The notes below the pieces were generated by a model. It saw nothing but the letters and a program-made list of their open reading frames with translations, made no database searches and was not told the origin of the DNA. A stretch of DNA of 64,000 nt, from assembly GCA_001179505.1 (NCBI GenBank), contig CDMY01000223.1:1-64000 (forward strand), written 5' to 3'. This DNA comes from Vitrella brassicaformis CCMP3155 (Eukaryota; Protista; Chromerida). Both the position numbers and the translations under genes were made by a program. Position 1 is the stretch's first letter, and every line of letters begins with the position of its first letter. Below are positions 49,232 to 60,259 of this stretch, one piece after another.

Positions 49232-52003
49232 TTATCTGATCTGTGGCCCCATGCCCCATGAATCGACCACATCAGTCTCGCGGTCCTCAACCACCTGCTG
49301 CAGAGGCTTCGGCAGCGTCATGTACAGCTGCGCCGAATGCCTGCATGTCACACCACACACACATGACGCATCACACGACACAACACACATGTGATAGGTG
49401 TGAGTTCCTCCGTCTGTCTGTCTGTCAGGCTGGCCCTTCCTCACTCACCGTTTGGCAAAGTAGATGAGTAGGGCGATGGCTTCGAAGAGGTTGCGGTTGC
49501 CCGGGGCGAGGGGCCAGGGCCGCGTGGTGGTTACCACCTCATAGCGGAGGGCGGGCAATGGGAAGCCCACCTGGTCCTCCAACTGACGCATATACAACAC
49601 ACGCGACCTGCACACAACACACAACACAAGCAAGGAGCGATCGTCAAGGCACATTTGTGTCCATCTCCCTCCCCTGCCTCACTCACCCAGCGCCACCCAG
49701 GCCCGTCCGTGTGAGAAACCCACTGCCATCCCCCGTCTGTGCGTATGCGCCCTCGCCACCACTCCCCCACCCCCATGTGGCCGACATGCCCGGCGGCTGC
49801 CCACTGCCAGCGGTGGCGGCCGCGGGCTGCACCGCACGCCAATTCTGACCTGAGAGAGCACCAGAGAGGCACACACAGAGGAAGATTGGATGATTCATGC
49901 ATGTGTCGGTCGGCTTGGTGTGCGTGTGGGAATGGGTGATGGAATGGGTCAACTGGCGTGTTGTGTTACCTACCTGTCGCCTGATGCACATGTGCCTGCA
50001 GGAAGTTGGTGTACGTGTTGAGCAAACGCAGCAGCACGTTCTCGAGGATGTGCGAGTCGGTGGGGTAGCTCTCAGCCTCCCGATAGTCGTGCTTGTAGTG
50101 CCTGAGAAAGAAAGAAGCTCAAGACATACAACACAAATGCATACCCCTGTTGGTGTGTAGCAGGTGCCTCCCTCGTGGGTCGCCCCACTGATTCACTCAC
50201 TTGACGAATCCATAGTCGGCGAACAGTCGCAGGCGCCGCAGCACATAGAGGCGGAGATCGGCTGGGTAGGACGGCGGGCGCAGGAACGACTCGATCACCT
50301 GACGCGTGTCCCACATATTCTGACCAGCCAGTAAGTATCAACACACACACATTCACATTGTCGGGCGTCGTCAATGGATCGTTTGTGTGTGTGTGTGTCA
50401 CCATCCATCCATCCATCCATCTCCCATCTCACTGACCTTGAGCTGAACAGCCTCGAGATGGTTGAGGAGGTGTGGGGGCAGGCTCTTGCTCTGGATTGGC
50501 ACGAGATTGGGGTCCGTCAGGCTGCCCGAGGCCCCGTCATAGTGCACGGACAGAGACTGCAGGCAGTGGGCAGACAGACAGGGAGTGGGGAGTGTATTCG
50601 CCCGCGAGCAGACTGTAGTTGGTTCTTACTTCGTATGAAAGGCGCGCGCCGAGTTTGCTGAGTGCCGACGTGAGCATCTGGTCCGACATCTGCAGATGAG
50701 CAACGTAGCCACGCAGCCACACCTGATTGAACGACACCATCACACACACACACATACAGATGGATGATGACACACACGACGACATCTTTCTCACCCACCC
50801 CGCCCCCCCACACACCTGCAGCCACTCCTGCAATTTACTGAGCCACTGGTCCATGACGGCCCTCCCCCCAACATGCTGGTAGGTCGACTCCCAGGGCGAC
50901 TCACCATCCCTCGCCCTCCCCGCCGCCTGCTGGAACCCCACACCGCCCCCACCACCACCCTCTCCATGGGAGCTCTCCGCCGGCCACCGGCTCGGGCGAA
51001 AAGCATAGTCTTTGTCGCGATACGAGGGCATCGGCACCTGACTGAGGGCCTGCAGGGTCCGCTCGTATGAGGAGATGCCGCCCGCGGATGCAGACGGCTG
51101 CCGGCCGTAGGATGGCGGCATGTTCGTGAATGGGGCGCCGGGGTATGAGGGGGGCTGGGAGAATGGTGTGTAGAAGGGCTGGAAGGGCGAGTGGGGCGGC
51201 CTGCCGACGGGGGGGTGGTGTGTGAATGGGCTATAGAAGGGCTGGTAGGGTGAGTAGGGGCTGGTGCCGAAAGGTCCGGGCTGCGAGTAGGCCGCCGCCA
51301 CGGGGGGAGGCGTAACTGAACAAGGCAAACAACGCACACAGAAAGCCAGACAGACAGACAGACAGACAGACAGATGGATGGATGGAAGGGGCATTGCACT
51401 GCAGGCATGCACACCCGCAACACACATACATGCAGACCCTCCCGTCCGTCCACTCCACTCACCACTGAAGCGATCACCGACGAGGTCATACAGCTCTCCA
51501 GGCCGGACAGTGATGGGCTCACGCGCAGCCATGCCCGCCTGACTGGCATACGCCGGCTGTGCGGCGGCTGCAGCTGTCTCACGCTGCTTCACCGCCTCAC
51601 TCTCGGCCGCAGCCCGGTCCTCCCGCCATCTGGACAGAAACTGCCCCGCGGACACCAGGAGGGTGAAGACCACCACACCGCCGAGGGGGACTGACCACCC
51701 GGCATGGTAGAGAAAGGCTATGATCAGCCGAATGCAGGCCAGGAGCAGCTGAATGCTCCACTTGGCGAGTGTCGCATTGCCGGCGAGGAGCAGGACGACA
51801 GCAGCGATAAAGGTGAGAAGGTTGGGGATAGATGGCAGCAGCCGCTTGACGGATGCGCGCTCCTCGGTCTTCCTCTGCTGCCGTGCTTGAGCCTCTTGGG
51901 AAGTGAAGATGCGGAGGGGCGATGGCGGCTTGGTCTGTGCCGAGAAAGACGGCGTCACGTAAGGGCTACAGTATAATGCGCGAGGAGGCGGAGTAGTGCT
52001 CAT
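49232..52003 (-). CDS. TMEM209/Pom34-like nuclear-envelope membrane protein
   Basis: Two N-terminal TM segments (NLLTFIAAVVLLLAG; WSVPLGGVVVFTLLVSA), Ser/Pro/Tyr-rich middle, then MDQWLSKLQEWL, YVLRRLRLFADYG, PTDSHILENVL, LAPGNRNLFEAIALLIYFAK. These match recalled TMEM209 C-terminal motifs (YVFERIKEL, PTDSAII, KGRNNMFHTLLMFL). Confidence 0.72.
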
Positions 52004-52103
52004 GTCGTCTGAGCTCCACAACCACGACTTGCGTTCAAGCTCGCAGTGATCGCCGAACCATATCGCGAAAAATCGTGCATTCGCTGCGGAGAGTGTGTTT
52101 AAG

Positions 52104-55100
52104 ATGGCGGCCACGTCGCTGAGTTCGGTTGTCCCGTATGCGCTTCCATACGTCGACGGACGCGACCTCTTCATCCTCGATACAGGTGAACAGAACAGAA
52201 ACGCAGCACAGGACAGCACACCACACAGGAGGGAGAGGGAGGCTGTATGATGGAGAGAAGCCGCACACCACGCCGCAGATATTCCATGAATTGATCTGCC
52301 GCTCTTGTGGATGGTTTGTGTGTGTGCCAGTGTGTAAGGACTTGAAGGCCCTGGTGGATCCCGATCCCTCGTCGGCCATCTGGCGGCTGCAGGTAGGCAC
52401 ACACGGACACGCCATTACAGCTGCGCCCACCGATCCCAATGTGTTGCAGTATCATCGCTCGTTCGGCAAGAGGGGCAAGGGCAACGTTCGCCTCATCAGC
52501 AGTTCCGCCCACTTCCCCCGTGAGTCGGTCCGCAACCCCTCCGCGTACGTGCCTCTGCCCGAGGGGGACTACCGCAGGGCCTATCGCCGCAGCAGAGTCG
52601 TCGAGGACTTCGGTGCCAACGCCGAGGTGAGTCAGCTGCGGTGGGGCCAGGCCAAGTGCGTGAAGCCAAGGAACTCGATGAAGCGTAGCCGCTCGAGCAT
52701 CTTCATTGCTGGCCCTAGTTTGTATGTGTTCGGTAAGTGAGGACAGTGAGAGAAGGAGGAAGCCCGAGTCAGGCACCTGATTGATGCCCCTGTGTCGGTG
52801 TGCAGGTGGGGTGGTCGGCGGCAAACGCGAGAAACCCAGCTTCAAGACCGACCTCTGGCGGTAGCTGAAAACCACATACACTTATAGATCCCGAGCGCTT
52901 GCTCTTTGCCTCCCTCCCTCAGTGTGTCGTTGGCCTCCCTCGTGCCGGGCGGCAAGTACGAGTGGCAGAGGTGTCACGTCGATGGCGTCGCTCCCCGCCC
53001 ATCAGATGCCCTCATCCTCATCCCCGTCAACATCGCCCCTCCTCCCCTCAACGCACCCCCCACCCAACCCGAGTGGCCGAAGCGCTACTTTGTGGCTGGT
53101 GGGCGGAGCGGCAGCGACACCGACAGCCTCTGGGGAGTGCTGGAGATCAATCGCGAGGAGGGTGTCGATAGTGCAAAGTATCGACACCAGTGGCTGAGCA
53201 AGAGCGAGCTGAGAGGCGCGGAGAAGAAGAGCACACCGCCACTCAATCGGTAAGCCAAGTGAGAGAGAGAGAGAGACAGAGAGATAGCCCATGCTGCATA
53301 TCTGCCGACTCACTCCTTCCTGTGTCTGTGGTTGGCTGCAGTCGCTACTTCACGTGTACGTTTGTGCCCATTCGGTCGTCGGCTCACCCCAAGGGCTACA
53401 TCTTCATCTTCGGCGGCATGGACAGCACAACCGGGTAGGGCACTTGGGGCCTGACAGCACCCACACGACCCCTTCAGTGTTTTCTGGTTCGGTCAGCGAA
53501 GCGTTGAATTCCTCGATCATCGTCGACGTGGCGACCTGATCATTCAACGACAAGTGAGAGACCCCCAACCCCATTCGCCGCCACGACCGCTCTCATCTTG
53601 TATGTCTGCCTGTCTGCCTGTGTGTCCGTGTCAGCGATGGCAATGTGGGCGGCCTTCGCCCGACAGCCCGTCTGAACCACACGGCCACTCTCGTCAAGGA
53701 CCGCTATGTCTTCATTATCGGCGGAGAGGGTAAGGCAGGCAGGACAAAATGTCGATCACACTGGCCATGCTGGCGTCGTGTGTGTGATTGCGTGCCTGCA
53801 GAGTGGGACCATGAGATTGACTCTGACTTTGACGAGAGCGATGACGAGTTTGACAGCGGGTACGGACCTTCACAGCACTTCGACCCGGTGGGCTTCGTGT
53901 CGCCACCGCGGCTGAGCATCTTTGACGGAGAAAGCAAGACGTGAGTGATCCGTCTGATGCATCGCGTGTCCGCCGTGACGTGCAGGGGAATGCCTGTACG
54001 TATTTTCCTGTCCTGCAGGTGGATCGAATTAAGCCGTCTGCCGTGGGTCGCAATGGGCACTTTCCCGCTGGTTGACGGTCAGTCAGTCAGCACAGACAGC
54101 CATCCGTGTGTTGGCCATCGTAGCGCAGGTTGTCGTGTTGTGTTGTCGTCAGATGCACTTCGCTCATACTTGGCGTCGGTGGAGGGCCACCGGTGCGACT
54201 TTGCTCGCCACACAGCTGTGCTGGCAGGTCAGTGGCAGGCAGGCAGTCCGGCGGAGTAAGAGAGGCTGGCACTTTTGTGTGTGTGGGCCTCTGTGTTTGC
54301 ATGCAGGTGACAAGATCGTCATCATGGTGCCCTACGCCAACTACGGGGGGGTCGGTCGCTACGGAGGCATGAAGACCCTCACCTTCGACATCACCACGGG
54401 CCGATTCAGCAAGCCGGCATTCGCCACACGGCCTCAGAAGATGTCCACCGCACCCCCACCCCCCGGGATGACCCCGCATCCTACGCCAAGCCGCTCCTAC
54501 AAGCCCTACGAGCCGCCGCCAGCAGCGTGTGCAGCTGCCGTGTGGACGGGCAGGTGAGTACACATTCACGACCACGTACACTCAGCGCAGGCAACGATGA
54601 ATGGCTTCGGTTGTGTGTTCAGTGAGTTGATTCTGTACGGCGGCGCGAGTCTGCTGGACGAGGAGTGGGACGAAGGTGACCCCGAGACCCACTACGATGA
54701 GGACGATTACCGCCACGACCAGACCAAGCACTCCGAGATCAGCGTGCTGGGGGTCATGGATCGCGCGACGAACGACCAGACCGTACCCGTAGACCGACAC
54801 CAACAGGTGGGTACACCAACACGGAAGGCCATCTCCGTCCCCTCGATCGGCTCCATTGATGCCGTGGCTGTGCAGGTGATGCCGTTTAGCCGTCGCTATG
54901 TGTGGAACCGGCAGCTGTGGCAGATGGACGTCATCCCGCCCTCCAGATGGGACGACCATGACCTGATCGAGAAGCGGTGGTATGAGGGGCGGCAGCGGGC
55001 CAGGGGCGCCAGGGCCGCGGAGAGAGAGCAACTGAGGCAGAGGGGCGTCGAGATCGAGTGTGACGGTGATGAGTATGACGGCATGGAGGGCTACACGGAG

Positions 55101-55615
55101 AAAGAGATCGACGATCATTTGGCCGGCAAGCCGCTGCCGTGCAACAAGGTGTTCGGCAAGCCCATCACACCCACTCGCCACCAGGCCCTCTCCAAATTCT
55201 TTCCTGTGACCGGGTACGCCACTGTCTAGCCATCTGACATGCCCGCTCTGTCTGTCTGTCTGTGTATCTGTCGTGCAGTATCCTTCACAGCGATCCAGTG
55301 CATTGGTACGTAAGACCAACGAGGCGCAGACGAAGGGTCCAGACCGATTCACTGCTCGTCTCTGCAGGACGCTGCCGACGGGCAACTCGAGAGCTGTGAC
55401 CACTCCCAAGATCACCAAATACTTCAAGCGCGTGTGAGCGACACTCAAAGCGTCGCACACGGCACCAACACCGGGACACTCTCACCGGTTGGTTGTGTCT
55501 GTGTCTGTGTGTCAGTCGTGGCCCCAAGCCGCCTCTGGTGCAGTCGTCTCTGACCGACTTCTTCCCCTTCAGAACGGCATGCCGACAGACCATCAACCAC
55601 GGATACAGGAGCTAG
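52104..55615 (+). CDS. F-box/kelch-repeat protein with C-terminal PIP box (paralog 3)
   Basis: MAATSLSSVVPYALPYVDGRDLFILDT/VCKDLKALVDPDPSSAIW; kelch blades YIFIFGG, RLNHTATLVKDRYVFIIGG, RHTAVLAGDKIVI, WTG/SELILYGG; QSSLTDFF at 55541-55564; ends GYRS* with no basic tail. Exons and many introns are close to the reverse complement of 12700-16300. Confidence 0.82.
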
Positions 55616-55878
55616 TTCAGACGGCGGTGTTACGAAGGCCATTGATTGTGGGTGGACGTGATAGATGCGTGGACTTTGACAGCGATGGCTGCTGTCTGCT
55701 CAACGGTTATCTATCGCAAACCACACACCACAGACCAGCAGTCAGCCAGCCACAGATGCATCACCCTATGTATGCAACCAGAAGGGAAATGACAAGCACA
55801 GACACGCACACAGCATGCACACACGACACGCGAATCAAAACCGCCCCATCGGAACACAACAGAGACGCGCCAAAGCCA

Positions 55879-58471
55879 TCACGGCTCTCCCCCAGCAATG
55901 CCATCTCTCTCTCTGCTGGCCGCCCAGGCGTTGAAGCACATCCTCACTCTCCGTGAGCTCATCTTGCCAAGGTTGGCCTTGACCAGCCGCTCCCTCATCT
56001 CGTTCTTGACTCGCCGCCTTCTGGCATACACATAGAGAGCCTTGAAGGGCAGCGACCGGAGGCTGTACGAGTAGTTAAGCCACTTCTCCAAAGACAGCTG
56101 CACCAGCAGGAACTCACGGTGGGCCACCTGCGATGGCGGACCGACATGGCAGGCAGAACAACACAACATCGATCACTTGACACACGAATGCACCCGGCCA
56201 TTGACCCATCGATGTCTCTCTCTCTCCTGTGTGTGGTAGCCAGCTACCGCTTTGAGTTGTGGGAAGAGGCGCCTCAGCATCTGGCTGTCCCACTTGCGCC
56301 TGAACTGTCGCGCGTTTTGCCTCTGCTTGATGAACAGCGACCAGCAGAGGAATGCCTTCTCTTTCAGCTCGCGGGAGTCGGGCGTCTCGCGCAGGAGGAC
56401 CCTGCTGGAGTGGAGGCGGTGCCAGGCAGTGAAGTGATACTTGAGACGCATCAGGCGGTTCTTGGCGCTGAAAACAAACAGACAGACAGACAGGCAGGCA
56501 GAGAGACACGAGCTGATGAAGGTGAGACACGGCCGCGGTGGGTGCCACTGGGTGGATCATGTGTGTGTGACCCACCTGACTAGGTGTGCGCTCATCCTGA
56601 TCAGCTTGTGACGGGCACTCATCTGCGAAACAAGCGAAAGGAACGAGACTGATGAACTGATGCATCACTCTCGTGTCTCTGTGGTGGTGGATGTGTGTGC
56701 AGGTGGGACATGAGTAGGTACCGGTTTGAAGAGCTGAATGGATGGGTTTGCATAGTTGGCAAGTTTGTCGATGGGCGTGATGATGCCCTTCCGGCCCTTG
56801 AACTCCGTCACACGAGTCCGGAGGCCCAAACCTGCCGCATACCAGCACACCCACAGCAGCAGATCCACCAGGTGACTGAATGGATGGACACCTACCTTGT
56901 CGATTGGTTCTTACGTACTTTTGCTGTATATCTTGAGCGTGGTGAAGACCCGCCGTCTGACGGCGTTCTCCCTCCTCTCGACGAACTTTGCGTACGCCAC
57001 ATACACACGGGGGTCGCGGAAAGAAGACATGCACTCCTCCTTCCACGCCTGCACACATACTCATGTCAGTCAACATGGGTCCATCCACCCACTCACAGCT
57101 GGCTGACCTTGAAGCACTTCTGCAGCGCCCTGTTGCAGCATATTTGGTGCCACCTCCGGATGGCCTCGTCCTGCTCGTTACGGCACCGCAGCCATTCCAT
57201 CACACAGTGACCGAAAGACACCAGGTGCCGCCGCCGATACCTGGCCAGCGCCTCCTTCATCCGGCGGTACTTCCGCTGAGCCACACGCGCCCGGAGGGTG
57301 GCGACGACCTTGAGTGCGGCGAAGACACGTCTCCGGTACTCAGAAGAGCCGTCGTCGAAGTCCATGGAAAAGACGCGCTGAAGGCGGTTGACCACTCTAT
57401 CCATCCGCTGCACGCTCAGCTGCATGCATCATTGAAGCACAGAGAGGGGAAAGACAACGAGGGGTCGGTCGGTCGGCCATTCTGCAGTCGTGTGTGATTG
57501 ATTAGTCGCCCTGGCTCGCCCACCTGTGCAAGTTTGGATCTGGGTGTCATTCCTCCGCCCTCACCAGACGAGAGGTTCTGGACCGACCCCTCCAGCTGCT
57601 GCAGACGCGTCAGAATCCCTTCCATCTCCCTTGACATCGTCGCGAGGGCCTCTGGATCGTTGCCTGTGTAGGTGACGAAGGGCGCGAACGACACCTTGGC
57701 CGGCTGTGGTGGTGCCTTGTCAGCGGTGTCAGTGCGCATTGCGCCATCGAGTGGGACGGGTCTGAGCAGGGCGCCGCGGGAGCGTGTGTGGGATGACTTA
57801 GGGGTGAGGCGGGGGAGGGAGGGGAAGGACGAGTGATGGTGCCCACCGCGGTAGCGGGCAACACTGCACACATCCATAGGAAGACAAGAACACCAAGGCG
57901 GGGCAGATGGCAGGCAGAGGGGACTCGGTGTCGTCTCTCTCTCTCACCTGGCCGTGGGAGAAGACGTTTGCATGGCAGCCCTGGATCTCCGAACGGCCAC
58001 CATTCTGTCCCCCTCCCCCTCATTCTCCTCCTCAATGGCCGTCAGAAAGGTGTGCTGCGACAGCTCTGTAGACCGACCGCCATCCAGCGACATCTCCAGG
58101 GGCGTGGTCCTCGAAGCCGCCGAAGCCGCAGACTCCATCAGTGACGTCCTGGACCGCCACACACTGTGCGTGACGCCATGCAAGGTCGGAACTGACGATG
58201 ACCGCTGGGCGTCGCCAAGAGAAAGGCTCTGCGATTCGTGTGAAGTGGGGGACTGGGGCTTTGAGGATGAGAGCATCATGGGGCCGGGCGACTGGAGTCT
58301 CTCGATGCCTCGTTCGACGATGGTGGCCTCGACGGACGGCCGCCTATGGCGAATGTCGTCCTTGAGCCGTTGTCCGCCGCTGGAAGTGTGGAGGGAGGGG
58401 AGGGAGAGGTGTTTGTCGTCCAGGCCCAGGCCGGCCCGCAGATGCTGCCGCTGCTTCAGCATTGCAGCCAT
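55879..58471 (-). CDS. Helical protein with Sfi1-like (centrin-binding-type) Trp/basic repeats and disordered N-terminus
   Basis: Repeating motifs FGHCVMEWL, AIRRWH..RALQKCF, YHFTAWH, EKAFLCW..F, SLEKW, RMCFNAW spread over many minus-strand exons. Family assignment is by pattern only. Confidence 0.5.
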
Positions 58472-58724
58472 GACCGAAATCGATGGAAATCGATGGATTT
58501 TTCTGAGACTTTCTCTGTGGCTAAGCTAGCAGGCGATCGTCTCGAGTCCCGTCATACTGTCAGCACCGCAATGCTCCACGAGCACGAAGTCCAGCCGCAG
58601 GGTGCACAGAATGATCAATCACAGGACAGTCTATACGTGGAGTGTGTGTCCAGCAAAAGGCCAATCCAGATCTGTACAACGATACAATACCGGCCATCTA
58701 AAGGACCGACGCGCATTGGTCTCC

Positions 58725-59826
58725 CTATCTCTGTCTGGCTATCGCCAGGCCGCCCTCTTCCCTCTCCAGCTGCACACCGAACACCTCAGCAAAGCTGTCC
58801 ATCAGCAGTCCAGCCACCCGCTCAGTCGTCACCCCGTCCCTCACGCACTCCCGCACGGACCCCACCGGCCGGTCGCTGATGCCGCACGGCACAATGCGTT
58901 CAAAGTGGGCCATGTTGGGGTCCACGTTGAGCGCCACACCGTGCATCGTCACCCACTTGCGCACCCTCACACCGATGGCAGCCACCTTGCGGCCCTCCAC
59001 CCACACGCCCGTCAGCCCCTCGATTCGCTCGCCTTCGACGCCCAGCCGCTCAAGGGTGCGGATGATGACCTCCTCGAGAGACCGCAGGTACCAGTGGAGG
59101 TCCTGCTTGTGGTGCCGGAGGTCCACAATGGGGTAGAGCACCAGCTGTCCAGGGCCGTGGTAGGTCACCTCACCGCCACGCTCAGTGCGGAAGACAGGGA
59201 TTGGGTCGTCGTCTGTGTCGTTGCCTGCACAGCACAGCCACCAACAATGACTGACATGAAAGGCCTCCTGCCGCCCATATCCTACCCTGTGCACTCTGAG
59301 TGACTCACTCACCTGTAGCGAGTATGTTGTGTTCGGTGCTGGCAGTGCCCAGCGTGAAGACAGGGGGGTGCTGCAGCAAGATGGCCATGTCACGCCGAGT
59401 GCAGCCATCGGCCGCCAGCTCATCCACCATTGCGTCCATCAGCCGGTGTTGCAGGTCCCAGCTCGCCTCGTACGGCACCGTCTCGTTCCACATGTCGTAA
59501 AAGGCACAGTGGCGGACCTCTGTGAGGCCACCATGCAGAGCAGCAGGCGCCTCCCTGACCGACGAAGCTGCTGCCGCAACAGCCGGATTCATCCGCAATG
59601 GGTTCCGTCGCATGCGGCGAAAGGCATGGCTGTCGATACGAGAGGACGGCGATGGCTCGTTGAGCAGCGAAGGTGGGATGCATCTCTCGCGGCAGAGGCC
59701 AAGGATGAAGGCGGTGGCGTAACGAGGCACTATCAGGAAGCAGAGAAGAGCGGCGAGGGGGGCAAATGGAAGCCTGGTACCTCCGCATGTTCTCGAGGCG
59801 CTCTCGTTGGTGGCCCGATGAGTCAT
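58725..59826 (-). CDS. lipB: Lipoyl(octanoyl) transferase LipB, probably plastid-targeted
   Basis: [84 protein letters not shown]. Leader [18 protein letters not shown] resembles a signal peptide followed by Phe. Confidence 0.95.
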
Positions 59827-60259
59827 TGCGCCAGGAGAGGTGACTTCATCTCGTCAAACAAGACCGAAAGATCCATGTGAGAGCCAGTCTTCAGTGCCTC
59901 AGAATGCCATCTGCCAGGCATCACTTGACACTCGGAAAGGAGGAACGTTCGCTTCGTGGCTGGCCTCTTCGAGCTCGCATAGCTCGCGTGGGGTTTCGGC
60001 GCTTTCTCTTTCCGCGGAGCTTCTAAGCGTACCCGCCCGGGCCCAAGTACCTCACCTGAGTCGCTTCGACACCCACTCGGGCAAAAAGCCAGCTCCAGCA
60101 ACAAGTAAGTCAAGGCAGGCGCACCGACACAGAGCAGCGTGCATGCGAAGGGAAGAGGGAGGAGCAGCCGCATGGCAGAACAGCTGCCCTTCGTGGCGGT
60201 GCATTCTCGCACTCCTCCCTCCTTTTCTCGTCCCGTGATGCGATGCGTTGGGCTGCAGG

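Noticed and set aside
50537-52402. 621 aa minus-strand ORF as a single protein
   Set aside because: Chimeric read-through: antisense of the F-box paralog 3 start, plus TMEM209-like exons, plus in-frame introns.
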